Positions 1 to 11,176 of a stretch of DNA of 64,000 nt are shown piece after piece; position 1 is the first letter of the stretch; every line of letters starts with the position of its first letter. Origin of the DNA: Candidatus Magasanikbacteria bacterium CG10_big_fil_rev_8_21_14_0_10_47_10 (GTDB taxonomy: Bacteria; Patescibacteriota; Patescibacteriia; Magasanikbacterales; UBA922); NCBI GenBank assembly GCA_002773135.1, contig PFCB01000022.1:7591-71590 (forward strand), given 5' to 3'. A program made the translations under genes and the position numbers. The notes under the pieces were generated by a model. The model was not told the DNA's origin and did no database searches. It saw only the letters and a list, made by a program, of their open reading frames with translations.

Positions 1-40
1 TTCTCGAATTATCTTCGTTCTCAATCCTTAATATTCACGT

Positions 41-634
41 ATGTCCAGTCAATCTCTCGACAAGCTCATGTACTCCTTTGTAATGGAAGATGTATTGAAA
101 GGATTTTTTATTTATGTACCGCCGGGCTATGTGGCGTGCGTGTACGATCTTGGTCGCGGGGTCTTGAAAAAAGTGCTCACGCCTGGGCTTCATTTTAAAA
201 TTCCTTTTTGGCAAAAAGCAAAATTATTCAATACACAGACGCTGGAATATAGTATCAGTCGTGATTTTAACCCACAAAATGAAAAGGCTATGGGGGACAT
301 TCCTATAGCCGCGGTTTCTCAAAATGGGCAGCGGATGGGAGTTGAGGGGACTATCTTACTGCGTTTGGATATCCACCAAATACCTGCCATATGGCAGACG
401 ATTGGTGAAGACTTTGTGGCAAAAATTATCCGTCCCACAGTCAGAAGCCGTATTCGAATGGTGGCCAGTCGCTTTGATCAGGCGGAGATCATGGGTGCCA
501 AACGTGATTCTGTGGAGACGGAGCTGAAAAATGAATTGGAACGGATTTTTTATTCCAGAGGTATATTTGTTGAAAATGTGTTATTGAGCGAGATTGGTAA
601 TATTGAGGATTACAAGAAAGCGGCGACAGAGTAG
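41..634 (+). CDS. SPFH/band-7 (prohibitin/HflC/stomatin-like) domain protein
   Basis: 197-aa ORF; the translation contains an SPFH-like core (GYVACVYDLGRGVLKKVLTPGLHFKIPFWQK...). An in-frame stop lies at 29-31, so the gene looks complete. Confidence 0.6.
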   Translation: MSSQSLDKLMYSFVMEDVLKGFFIYVPPGYVACVYDLGRGVLKKVLTPGLHFKIPFWQKAKLFNTQTLEYSISRDFNPQNEKAMGDIPIAAVSQNGQRMGVEGTILLRLDIHQIPAIWQTIGEDFVAKIIRPTVRSRIRMVASRFDQAEIMGAKRDSVETELKNELERIFYSRGIFVENVLLSEIGNIEDYKKAATE

Positions 635-649
635 GATTGTTTAGAGTGA

Positions 650-680
650 AAAAAAATCGCTATGTTTAGCGATTTTTTTA
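650..680 (+). terminator. intrinsic terminator after the SPFH gene
   Basis: A-run, stem tcgcta/tagcga with loop tgtt, then a T7 run (aaaaaaaatcgctatgtttagcgattttttt). Confidence 0.6.
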
Positions 681-694
681 CATTTTAAACATTG

Positions 695-723
695 TTGACA
701 GCTTTTTTTTACTGTGCTATTAT
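695..723 (+). promoter_or_regulatory. sigma70-like promoter of the hrcA operon
   Basis: TTGACA at 695-700, a 17-bp spacer, then TATTAT at 718-723. The -10 lies about 10 nt upstream of the hrcA ATG. Confidence 0.55.
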
Positions 724-746
724 CACTCTAATATGACGAGTGATAG
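720..746. promoter_or_regulatory. CIRCE-like inverted repeat (HrcA operator)
   Basis: TTATCACTC-N9-GAGTGATAG, compared with the CIRCE consensus TTAGCACTC-N9-GAGTGCTAA. It overlaps the -10 element and the hrcA start codon. Confidence 0.55.
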
Positions 747-1440
747 TCCTCAATTTGATGAACGAAAGCAGCAACTTTTAAAAATTGTTGTTGAGTCATT
801 CATTGCAACGGCTCAGCCGATTGGGTCCTCTGCCATTGTTGATGCTGATATGTTACAAGTAAGCGGTGCGACTGTTCGCAATGAAATGAGGGCATTGGAG
901 GATATGGGGTATTTAACACACCCTCATACATCATCCGGCCGTATTCCCACGGAGCAGGGCTACACATTTTACGCGGAAAATTTGATGCAGCCGACACCAG
1001 TCCCAGTACCAATCAAGCATGAGATAGAACAAATTTTATCTTCCGATGACAGTCAACCAAAAATTAAAAAAGTGGCACAGTGCATCGCGCACAGTACGGG
1101 CAATGCTGTTCTTCTTTCACTGCCGAACAATGTTACCTACTATACGGGCATTTCACAGCTATTTTCGCAGCCGGAGTTTGCCGCAGCCGCACGCGCGATT
1201 GAAATATCACAGGTGTTCGATCATTGTGAACAAAATATGCCAATGCTGCATGAATTGGTTGTCGGAAGCGATGTTCATATATTTGTCGGCGAACAAAATC
1301 CGCTCGGCAAGGGATGCGGACTGGTTGCCGGCCGCATCGCGGATGATCACATGATTATGCTTCTTGGCCCGCTGCGCATGAAGTATGCGCTTTCTACTTC
1401 GCTGGTAGACTATATTCAATCACTGTTTCGATACGTATGA
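733..1440 (+). CDS. hrcA: heat-inducible transcription repressor HrcA (short form)
   Basis: 235 aa; N-terminal wHTH (QQLLKIVVESFIATAQPIGSSAIV...ATVRNEMRALEDMGYL). Context: a CIRCE-like site upstream and grpE downstream with an ATGA overlap. Confidence 0.85.
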   Translation: MTSDSPQFDERKQQLLKIVVESFIATAQPIGSSAIVDADMLQVSGATVRNEMRALEDMGYLTHPHTSSGRIPTEQGYTFYAENLMQPTPVPVPIKHEIEQILSSDDSQPKIKKVAQCIAHSTGNAVLLSLPNNVTYYTGISQLFSQPEFAAAARAIEISQVFDHCEQNMPMLHELVVGSDVHIFVGEQNPLGKGCGLVAGRIADDHMIMLLGPLRMKYALSTSLVDYIQSLFRYV

Positions 1441-1958
1441 GTCACAATGACAAAAATCAAGACACGCACCCGGTTGATACTGACAACACGCCTCCCGATG
1501 GAGCAGAAGCTGTAGCACAGGATATCGTTGATGCTGTTGATTACAAAGATATGTGGTTGCGCGCGCAGGCCGATTATCAAAACTTACAGCGTGAAACAAC
1601 ATTGGTGCGGGTACACTGGGCAAAAATGAGCGAAATTCAGGTCCTTGAGGAGTTTATTCCTGTCTTGGAAAATTTAAAAAAAGCGTTTGCTGCCGATAGC
1701 GGTAACAACGCGCAGCAATTTGAAAATTGGAAAAAGGGAATTGCATTTATTGTGAAGCAGTTCGAAGACATTATGACATTGCACGGTGTTGAGAAAATTG
1801 TGACGGTTGGCCTGCAATTTGATCCAACAGTGCACGAGGCGGTTGGAGAGGAATCATCGGATGCGTTTGCGGAGGGTACCATTATTCGAGAAGTTGATGG
1901 CGGCTACATTTCGGGAGACACGGTACTGCGCGCGGCGCGCGTTATTGTTTCAAAGTAG
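1437..1958 (+). CDS. grpE: nucleotide exchange factor GrpE
   Basis: 173 aa; GrpE-like coiled coil and C-terminal beta domain (DYQNLQRE...VLPVLENL...). Its start overlaps the hrcA stop (ATGA). Confidence 0.85.
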   Translation: MSHNDKNQDTHPVDTDNTPPDGAEAVAQDIVDAVDYKDMWLRAQADYQNLQRETTLVRVHWAKMSEIQVLEEFIPVLENLKKAFAADSGNNAQQFENWKKGIAFIVKQFEDIMTLHGVEKIVTVGLQFDPTVHEAVGEESSDAFAEGTIIREVDGGYISGDTVLRAARVIVSK

Positions 1959-2014
1959 TCTTATTCAATATTGTCAGTATTTGCCATACGGTGGGTACTG
2001 ATAAGGAGAACACT

Positions 2015-2446
2015 ATGGCACTTGTACAATGGGACCCGTTTCGAGAGATGGAGGAAATGCTTTCACGTTTCCCATCTCAGGGGAGAGGAACAACACTATC
2101 AAGCGCGTTTACACCGGCAGTGGATATATATGAGGAAGGCAATAATTTGATCGTGCGGACACCTCTTGCCGGAGTCAATCCAAAGGACGTAGAAGTGAAC
2201 GTTGAAAATGGTCTCCTTACCATAAAAGGGGAGGATAAAAGTGAGCACGAGGTTGATGAAAAAAATTATTATCGCAAAGAAGTGCGAACCGGATCTTTCT
2301 TCAGAAAAATTGCGTTACCTATCGCTGTTGATGAAGAAAAAGTCCAGGCGGAGTTTGAGGATGGCATTCTCAAGGTGACCGCACCGAAAAAAGCCGATTC
2401 ACCGGCAAAAAAGGTGAATGTAAAAGTGGTAAAAAAAGAAACATAA
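2015..2446 (+). CDS. Hsp20/alpha-crystallin family small heat-shock protein
   Basis: Alpha-crystallin domain (VDIYEEGNNLIVRTPLAGVNPKDVEVNVENGLLTIKGE...ILKVTAPKK). AAGGAG sits 6 nt upstream of ATG 2015. The longer ORF from 1991 starts with GTG. Confidence 0.85.
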   Translation: MALVQWDPFREMEEMLSRFPSQGRGTTLSSAFTPAVDIYEEGNNLIVRTPLAGVNPKDVEVNVENGLLTIKGEDKSEHEVDEKNYYRKEVRTGSFFRKIALPIAVDEEKVQAEFEDGILKVTAPKKADSPAKKVNVKVVKKET

Positions 2447-2545
2447 TGCACGGTGATGGTTCAAAGGCGGGCTGATACAGGTCTGAAGAATCGGCATCGG
2501 CCAGTCATTTGAATCATTACACATTGTATAAATATATAATAATAG

Positions 2546-4513
<1,968 letters not shown>

Positions 4514-4526
4514 CGGTACAATGGTT

Positions 4527-4556
4527 TGGGGTCGCAAGGCCCCATTCTATTATTTA
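4527..4556 (+). terminator. possible terminator/attenuator after dnaK
   Basis: Hairpin tggggtc-gcaa-ggcccca with a GNRA-type loop, followed by a T-rich tract (ttctattatttac). Confidence 0.4.
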
Positions 4557-4573
4557 CTCGTAAGCCGGATTGT

Positions 4574-5197
4574 ATGAAAAAAGTTATTATTGTTTTAATT
4601 ATGACGGGAGCTGTCGCGTTGGCATGGTGGCTTATCTCTCCACTGTGGATAAACAAGACCGTTGATGACGTGCTTCCAACAGCAGCAAAGAGTCCACAGA
4701 CACAGGCCACCGGGAATGTTCAAATGGGTGTGACAATTGCTCCGGACAAGACACTGTCAGAAGTTGAGATGCTGGTGGAGCAGGTAGCCCCGGCAGATCG
4801 CGAACAATTTATGCAAGAGATGGAAGACCAAAAAACACATGAAATGGCTGAGTTAGTACCGTCATCTCCGCGCATCCTATCACAGGGAAACTTTTACAGT
4901 GTCGCGCATGAAGGTAGCGGTATTGCAAAATTGTTGAGCGTGGACGGATCAAACATATTGCGTCTTGAAAATTTGGATGTTCTCAATGGTCCTGACCTGC
5001 GCGTTGTCCTGTCAAAAAATACCGGTATCCGGACAAGCGCGGATCTTGGTGACTATATTGAGCTAGATACGCTAAAAGGGAACAAGGGAAACCAAAATTA
5101 TGAAATTGATTCATCGATTGATATAGGTGAATACAAATCTGCGGTTGTATACTGCAAAGCATTTCACGTTGTATTTAATGTCGCTGAACTACAGTAG
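4574..5197 (+). CDS. secreted DM13-domain protein (hypothetical)
   Basis: N-terminal signal/TM ([19 protein letters not shown]). The C-terminal region resembles a DM13 domain ([47 protein letters not shown]); this is recognition from memory. The longer ORF from 4526 starts with TTG. Confidence 0.5.
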   Translation: MKKVIIVLIMTGAVALAWWLISPLWINKTVDDVLPTAAKSPQTQATGNVQMGVTIAPDKTLSEVEMLVEQVAPADREQFMQEMEDQKTHEMAELVPSSPRILSQGNFYSVAHEGSGIAKLLSVDGSNILRLENLDVLNGPDLRVVLSKNTGIRTSADLGDYIELDTLKGNKGNQNYEIDSSIDIGEYKSAVVYCKAFHVVFNVAELQ

Positions 5198-5199
5198 GC

Positions 5200-6294
5200 A
5201 TGGGAAAAGATTACTACAATACACTCGGCGTTGAAAAAGGCGCAACTGATGAAGAGATAAAGAAAGCCTTTCGAAAGCTTGCGCATAAGTATCACCCGGA
5301 TAAGCCGACCGGAGACGAGCAAAAGTTCAAAGAAGTGAATGAAGCTTATCAGGTGATTGGGAATACAGAAAAGCGCAAGCAGTACGACCAATATGGCGCG
5401 ACCTTTGGCCAACAGGGCGGTTTTGGCGGCGGCATGAATTGGGAAGACTTCATGCGGGCGACACGCCAAGGTGGGGGTGGCGCAAATTTTGACTTTGGTG
5501 TTGACCTGGGCGATATTTTTGGTGACCTTTTTGGATTTGGCGGTGGGCGGAGCCGAGGCGGGCGGGGACGTGGAAGGGATATTCAAGTTGATGTTGAATT
5601 AACCTTCAAGGAAGCTGTCTTTGGAGTTGAAAAAGATCTTCATCTCACAAAGAATAACGCGTGCGCAGTGTGCAGCGGTTCTGGTGCAGAGCCCGGATCG
5701 GATAGAAAAAAATGTGATACATGTCATGGTCAAGGGCAGGTGCGGGTGGTTCAGAGAACCATTCTTGGCGATATGCAATCAGCGCGAGTGTGTACCGCAT
5801 GCTCAGGCGCGGGAGATATTCCAGAAAAGCGCTGCAAACATTGCAGCGGTGCTGGTGTTGAAAAAAGTAGCACATCGCTAACTGTAAAAATTCCTGCTGG
5901 TATTGATAATGGGTCATCGATACGCTTGACAGGCAAGGGGGAATATGGTGGCCCGGGATCAAGCGCAGGAGACCTGTATGTGGCCGTCCATGTTCACGAG
6001 GATAAAAGATTTGTCCGTCAGGGAGATGATATTTTGACAGAAGATACCATATCGTATCCCCAGGCAGTGCTTGGTGATACTATTGATATTGAAACAATTG
6101 ATGGAACCAAGCAGCTTGTTATTCCTTCCGGCACTCAGTCGCATCAACAATTTCGTCTCAAAGGTTTGGGTGTGCCGCATTTGCGTGGCAGCGGAAGAGG
6201 GGATCAGTATGTTCGTGTGAAGGTAGATGTGCCAAAGAAGCCGAGCAGACATGCAAAAAAATTGATTGAGGAGCTCAAAAATGAGCTACAATAA
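5200..6294 (+). CDS. dnaJ: molecular chaperone DnaJ
   Basis: J-domain with HPD ([11 protein letters not shown]), a G/F-rich linker, and four CxxCxGxG zinc-finger repeats. Confidence 0.95.
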   Translation: MGKDYYNTLGVEKGATDEEIKKAFRKLAHKYHPDKPTGDEQKFKEVNEAYQVIGNTEKRKQYDQYGATFGQQGGFGGGMNWEDFMRATRQGGGGANFDFGVDLGDIFGDLFGFGGGRSRGGRGRGRDIQVDVELTFKEAVFGVEKDLHLTKNNACAVCSGSGAEPGSDRKKCDTCHGQGQVRVVQRTILGDMQSARVCTACSGAGDIPEKRCKHCSGAGVEKSSTSLTVKIPAGIDNGSSIRLTGKGEYGGPGSSAGDLYVAVHVHEDKRFVRQGDDILTEDTISYPQAVLGDTIDIETIDGTKQLVIPSGTQSHQQFRLKGLGVPHLRGSGRGDQYVRVKVDVPKKPSRHAKKLIEELKNELQ

Positions 6295-6303
6295 GCAAAA
6301 AAA

Positions 6304-6338
6304 CAAAAAAACAGGCTTGACAAAGACCTGTTTTTTTG
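6304..6338 (+). terminator. intrinsic terminator after dnaJ
   Basis: aaacagg...cctgttt stem followed by a T7 run. Confidence 0.5.
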
Positions 6339-6385
6339 TTATTGTAATTTGTCCAAACTGCGTTGGACGTACCAAGGAGATTCTC

Positions 6386-6862
6386 GTGATCACGATCATT
6401 CTCGCTGTCCTGCTGGCTGTCGCCATGGCGTTCGCCGCCTTCTTGCTCAAGGAGATGTTCAAGAAGTTTGACTTCATGGCCGAGTTCCTGAGGAGCTCGG
6501 CGCTTATGGTGCACTATCGGCACGATGGGGAAGTCCGCGGGATGCAGAACATCGTGCTGAGGGGCAATGAGCCGTTCTGTGTGCTCGTCGGGTTCAAGAT
6601 GGTGCTCCCGGTTCTGGGGAACGTCGGGTTCGACTACTTCGGATTCGTTCGGTCGAACGACGACGGTGTGGCTGTCATCTGCACCTACCTCGGCTCGGGG
6701 TCGTGCGATTTTATCTTCGTCGCCGATTGTGACGTTGACATCAACCCGATCACAGCATCCTCGACGACAGAGGACCAGCAGCTCCAGCCGGATGTACGGT
6801 ACCCGCCGCACCCGCTGCTGCAGGTGCTGCCGGACAAGCTGAAGATGTTGTTCAACAAGTAG
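6386..6862 (+). CDS. GC-rich hypothetical membrane-anchored protein (compositionally foreign)
   Basis: GTG start 5 nt after AAGGAGA. N-terminal TM (VITIILAVLLAVAMAFAAFLL). GC about 58-60% with very high GC3, against about 45% in the flanks. A hairpin follows the stop. The antisense ORF 6275-6967 would clash with rnhA. Confidence 0.5.
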   Translation: MITIILAVLLAVAMAFAAFLLKEMFKKFDFMAEFLRSSALMVHYRHDGEVRGMQNIVLRGNEPFCVLVGFKMVLPVLGNVGFDYFGFVRSNDDGVAVICTYLGSGSCDFIFVADCDVDINPITASSTTEDQQLQPDVRYPPHPLLQVLPDKLKMLFNK

Positions 6863-6881
6863 GAACAGGGAGGAAGGAGAC

Positions 6882-6912
6882 GAAAAAAGCCCTCGAATCA
6901 TCGGGGGCTTTC
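6882..6912. terminator. bidirectional hairpin between convergent genes
   Basis: agccc...gggct stem flanked by an A-run and a T-run. It lies between the GC-rich gene (+) and rnhA (-). Confidence 0.4.
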
Positions 6913-6929
6913 GCAATGTTACACGTTCC

Positions 6930-7331
6930 TTACATGCGCGCATCAAGCGTTTTGTTGACCTCGGCATCGGCCAGCTTATTGTACTCGCGGCGAATATGCT
7001 TTATGGACCAAGGCTTGAATTCCTGAAGCGCATTGTACGCCTGGACAAATAGCTTTTGCAGTGTCGGCTCTTTTACTTTCCATCGTCCGTTCAGCTGCTC
7101 AACAACAAGTTTACTATCCAATCGGCACTCCACACTTGTTGCGCCAAGTGTTTTTGCTCGTTTCAGTCCGGAAATAATTGCTGAATACTCTGCATAATTA
7201 TTTGTCTGATGACCCAAAAAATCGCCATAGGCAGCCAGCGTTTTACCGGCTGTATCATGAATAACAACACCGGATGCAGAGGGACCGGGATTGCCCCGAG
7301 ATCCGCCGTCCGCGTAAATGATACATTTCAT
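6930..7331 (-). CDS. rnhA: ribonuclease HI
   Basis: 133 aa; the RNase H fold signature (IIYADGGSRGNPGPSASG...NNYAEYSAIISGL...) is obvious. Confidence 0.9.
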   Translation of the reverse strand: MKCIIYADGGSRGNPGPSASGVVIHDTAGKTLAAYGDFLGHQTNNYAEYSAIISGLKRAKTLGATSVECRLDSKLVVEQLNGRWKVKEPTLQKLFVQAYNALQEFKPWSIKHIRREYNKLADAEVNKTLDARM

Positions 7332-7334
7332 AGG

Positions 7335-9098
7335 TTACTTCTTTTTAAGATCAACAATTGTCATTTGTAATTCACGGTTGCCATTCCACTCATTGACACC
7401 AATTTCAAAAACTATATCAAGCACGTCTCCCTTCGACAGTTCACGACTCCAGTCTATCTCTCCACTGCACAAGTTCCAGCCGATTGTTTTGCGAATTGTG
7501 GTAGAGGTATGAGTGATCATGATTCGAAGGTGCTTGCCTTCCTTGCCCACAGGTTCGACACCTACAACAGTTACGTTCTGTGCTAAATATTTCGGCTCCT
7601 CATTTGCCTGACCAAATGGTTTAAATCGGCCAAGTAATTCATAGAGCCCCCAATTTACTTGTTCCAAATCAATCTGGGCATCAATTTTTATCGTCGGTGT
7701 CAAATCAATATCTTTTGTCACGTCTAAAAAATAATCGATAAATGCATTTTCAAATTCTTCGCGAATATCTGGCGATGCAAGGGTAAAACCGCATGCCATT
7801 GGATGGCCGCCAAATTTGGAAAAAAAATGCGGCATCTGTTGCAGCGCCTCAATCATATTGAACCCCTCAACACTGCGGCCTGAACCCATAAACTCAGAAT
7901 CGTCCTTCATGGTCATCGCAAAAACAGGTTTTTGGAATTCATTTTTTATCTGGCTTGCAATCAGACCCACAACCCCACTGGCCCAACCGGGTGCATACAC
8001 AAACAATACTGGTTTATCCATTTGTTTCTGACGTACTTGCTGAATTGCCTCAGTCACAAATTCGTCTGTCATGCGTCTTCGCTCATCATTACTTTGGTTG
8101 AGTTGCCATGCCAAATCCACGGCTTCTGTGCCATCTTTTGTCACCAGCAGCTGATACGCTGTATTGGCATGGTCAAGGCGTCCAGCAGCATTAATTCTGG
8201 GCGCAATGCGAAAGCCAATGGTTTGTGCATCAAGTTCGCGCGTGAGTGATCCGTCTTCATTCATTAGGCGTGCCTCCAAAAGAAGCTTTTGCAGGCCGAT
8301 ACGTTTTGTTTTGTTTAAAACAATAAGTCCAAAGGTTGTCAGAGTCCGTGATTCACCGACAAGTGGCACCATGTCCGCAACACTGGCGATGGCTACCATG
8401 TCGAGCAGCCATTTTTCAAATGCTTCATGATTTTCACCACTTTCAAGAAGTTCATTTTTTTCAGCATGGGTTCTGAGCAGTGCTTGCGCAAGTTTAAATG
8501 CAACACCTCCGCCAGCCAAATGTTTGTACGGGTACGTTTCACCTTCGACTTTTGGATGAATAATGGCAAAGGCAGGAGGGAGTCTTTCTGGAATGCTATG
8601 GTGATCAGTAATAATTACGTCTATCCCTTTTTCGTTGGCGTATTCAACCTCTGCTGTATTACTAATACCACAGTCGCACGTGATGATCAGCGATGTTTCT
8701 TGCGCATGTAGCAGATCAATTGTTTTCATGTTCAGACCATAGCCATCAGTTTCTCTGTGCGGCAAAAAAACGTCAACCGCAGTTGCTCCCAATGCGTGCA
8801 GTGTGTCTGTCAAAATAACCGATGCGCTCACACCGTCGGCATCATAATCTCCATGAATGGTTATTTTTTCATTTTTCTTAACCGCATCAATCAACCGCGA
8901 AACAGCCTTCTTCATGTCTTTAAATAAAAAAGGATCATGAACATGGCAGGTATAATCAGGATTCAGAAATTCGTCAATTGCATCCTGCGTGCGGATGTCT
9001 CTGTGATATAACAATGAGGCAACAGTTCGAGGCAGCTCTGGAAATTGCTCAAAAAAGCTATCTGGCGGAGAGGGGAGGACGTCCCAGCGTTTTTGCAT
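7335..9098 (-). CDS. recJ: single-stranded-DNA-specific exonuclease RecJ
   Basis: 587 aa; DHH (ITIHGDYDADGVSAS...DHH) and DHHA1 motifs. Lies immediately upstream of rnhA on the same strand. Confidence 0.9.
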   Translation of the reverse strand: MQKRWDVLPSPPDSFFEQFPELPRTVASLLYHRDIRTQDAIDEFLNPDYTCHVHDPFLFKDMKKAVSRLIDAVKKNEKITIHGDYDADGVSASVILTDTLHALGATAVDVFLPHRETDGYGLNMKTIDLLHAQETSLIITCDCGISNTAEVEYANEKGIDVIITDHHSIPERLPPAFAIIHPKVEGETYPYKHLAGGGVAFKLAQALLRTHAEKNELLESGENHEAFEKWLLDMVAIASVADMVPLVGESRTLTTFGLIVLNKTKRIGLQKLLLEARLMNEDGSLTRELDAQTIGFRIAPRINAAGRLDHANTAYQLLVTKDGTEAVDLAWQLNQSNDERRRMTDEFVTEAIQQVRQKQMDKPVLFVYAPGWASGVVGLIASQIKNEFQKPVFAMTMKDDSEFMGSGRSVEGFNMIEALQQMPHFFSKFGGHPMACGFTLASPDIREEFENAFIDYFLDVTKDIDLTPTIKIDAQIDLEQVNWGLYELLGRFKPFGQANEEPKYLAQNVTVVGVEPVGKEGKHLRIMITHTSTTIRKTIGWNLCSGEIDWSRELSKGDVLDIVFEIGVNEWNGNRELQMTIVDLKKK

Positions 9099-9163
9099 AC
9101 TACGTATATCTTGATAAGACTGACTTAGGGATGCGCAGCCTGGAGTTTTGCCATACAGGTACG

Positions 9164-9268
9164 CTAAAAAGCGCTAAAAAGCGGTAGAATCGTAAAAATA
9201 ATCATTCCGCCAATACCGACAATGGCAATGATGATTTTAAGTGTCTTCTGTGATTTTTTTCCCCACAT
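9164..9268 (-). CDS. possible small hydrophobic peptide (34 aa)
   Basis: Hand translation: MWGKKSQKTLKIIIAIVGIGGMIIFTILPLFSAF. It lies upstream of recJ on the same strand. No clear SD was found, so this is speculative. Confidence 0.2.
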   Translation of the reverse strand: MWGKKSQKTLKIIIAIVGIGGMIIFTILPLFSAF

Positions 9269-9325
9269 ATTACAATGATTAGTCCTACCGATAATACCAC
9301 AAAGATGTAAACGATGCATACCCCA

Positions 9326-9350
9326 TAAAAAAATCCCCAAAAGGGGATTT
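9326..9350 (-). terminator. intrinsic terminator of lepA
   Basis: Read on the minus strand: stem atcccc/ggggat with loop tttt, then a T7 run directly after the lepA stop. Confidence 0.55.
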
Positions 9351-11137
9351 TAGCGCTTTAAGACTGCCATATATGCCTCGGTTGGAATTTCAACCTTTCC
9401 TTTTCCATGCGCAAGCATTTTTTTCTTTCCCTTTTTCTGCTTTTCAAGCAATTTGCGTTTTCGCGTGACATCACCGCCATAGAGCTTTGCGGTCACATCT
9501 TTACGCAGCGCAGACAGACGCTCTGACGCAACAATTTTCCCTCCAATGGCTGCTTGAATTTTAACTACAAATTGCTGCTTTGGCAGTGTCTCCTTTAGGG
9601 AATGTACAATTTGTTTGCCAATACGAAACGCTTCGTCTTCCCAAACAAGAAGTGCGAGAGCTTCTACGGGTTCCTCTGCCACAACAATATCCATTTTCAC
9701 AACATTTGTCTTCCGGTATTCCTTGAGGTCGTAGCTCAAGGATGCATATCCGCTTGTCACTGATTTTAGCTTATCATAAAAATCTGTAATCAATGCCGCC
9801 AGTGGCATATCGTAGTGAAGCATTGCCCGTTTGCCACCACCCACACTCAGGTACTCAGTTGTGGTATATTCTCCTTTGCGTTCAGCAACCAGGCTCATGA
9901 CATTTCCAATATAGTTGTCTGGAGTAATAATATCCACGCGCATCCACGGTTCCTCAATCCGCTCAATTGACTGAACCTCCGGAAGATCCTGAGGACTTTT
10001 TACAATAAGATCTACTCCATTCGTTTTATACACATGGTACGCAACACTTGGCACTGTGGCAATAATATGGAGACCGAATTCGCGTCGCAATCTTTCTTGA
10101 AAAATTTCAAGGTGCAACATACCGAGAAATCCGCATCGGAATCCAAAGCCAAGCGCCTGTGAGTGTTCCGGCTCAAACATGAGCGCAGAGTCATTGAGTT
10201 TCAGCTTATCCATGGCATCGCGCAGCGCATTGTAGTCATCGCCCTCAGCAGGAAACACACCGGCAAAAACCATGGGGCGTACTTCCTTATATCCCGGTAG
10301 CCGATCGGTCGTTTGCGAATCAAGGCGGGTAATCGTGTCGCCCACAGCGACTTCGCCGATTTCTTTGAGACCGGAAACCAGATATCCAATTTGCCCATTC
10401 TCCATCTGCGCATCCGGTGACATTTTTGGCGAATAGTGACCGATATCCAAAATTTCAGCGGTAGCGCCTGTGCTCATAAAGCGTATTTTGTCACCCTTTT
10501 TGAGAAAGCCATCCTTCATGCGAATCGATGCGACCACGCCTTTATAATCATCGTACGATGAGTCAAAAATGAGCGCGCGTGGGGGCAGCGCGGATGTATC
10601 GACCGGCGCGGGTATTTGCGCGATAACAGTATCAAGCAATTGCGGGACTCCTTCTCCTGTTTTGCCGGAGCAGTGAAGTATGTCCTCGCGTTTGCAACCC
10701 AAAAGATGAATGATCTCCTCACTGACTTTTTCGGGATTAGCGTTTGGCAGGTCAATTTTATTCAAAACAGGGATGATGGCAAGGTCCAGATCCAATGCCA
10801 AATAGAGGTTGGCGATAGTTTGCGCCTGAACACCCTGTGACGCGTCTACCAAAAGAATAGCTCCTTCAACTGCGGCTAGAGAGCGTGAAACCTCGTAAGT
10901 AAAGTCGACGTGGCCCGGTGTATCAATAAGATTGAGCGTGCAGCCCTTGTACTGCATCCGCACGGGCTGTAGTTTTATGGTAATACCGCGTTCCTGCTCC
11001 AGCTCCATTTGATCGAGCATTTGGGCCTTCATATTTCGCTTGTCCACGGTTCCGGTTAATTCCAAAAAGCGGTCAGCCAGCGTGGACTTCCCGTGATCAA
11101 TGTGAGCGATAATACAAAAGTTACGAATAGGGGACAT
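9350..11137 (-). CDS. lepA: translation elongation factor 4 (LepA)
   Basis: 595 aa; GTPase G-domain (IIAHIDHGKSTLADR) and a LepA-type C-terminus. Confidence 0.95.
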   Translation of the reverse strand: MSPIRNFCIIAHIDHGKSTLADRFLELTGTVDKRNMKAQMLDQMELEQERGITIKLQPVRMQYKGCTLNLIDTPGHVDFTYEVSRSLAAVEGAILLVDASQGVQAQTIANLYLALDLDLAIIPVLNKIDLPNANPEKVSEEIIHLLGCKREDILHCSGKTGEGVPQLLDTVIAQIPAPVDTSALPPRALIFDSSYDDYKGVVASIRMKDGFLKKGDKIRFMSTGATAEILDIGHYSPKMSPDAQMENGQIGYLVSGLKEIGEVAVGDTITRLDSQTTDRLPGYKEVRPMVFAGVFPAEGDDYNALRDAMDKLKLNDSALMFEPEHSQALGFGFRCGFLGMLHLEIFQERLRREFGLHIIATVPSVAYHVYKTNGVDLIVKSPQDLPEVQSIERIEEPWMRVDIITPDNYIGNVMSLVAERKGEYTTTEYLSVGGGKRAMLHYDMPLAALITDFYDKLKSVTSGYASLSYDLKEYRKTNVVKMDIVVAEEPVEALALLVWEDEAFRIGKQIVHSLKETLPKQQFVVKIQAAIGGKIVASERLSALRKDVTAKLYGGDVTRKRKLLEKQKKGKKKMLAHGKGKVEIPTEAYMAVLKR

Positions 11138-11176
11138 AGCGAGCGGATACTATCACACAAAGATGATGAAATCAAT

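Noticed and set aside
6275-6967. 230-aa minus-strand ORF spanning the GC-rich island
   Set aside because: Its R/H/Q/E-rich composition is typical of the antisense frame of a high-GC gene. It would overlap the rnhA 3' end out of frame. The + strand ORF has an SD and membrane-protein character.
10012-10840. Small ORFs inside or antisense to lepA, murJ, uvrA, the T4CP gene, atp genes and the helicase gene
   Set aside because: They are nested in well-supported longer genes and have no SD or promoter evidence.
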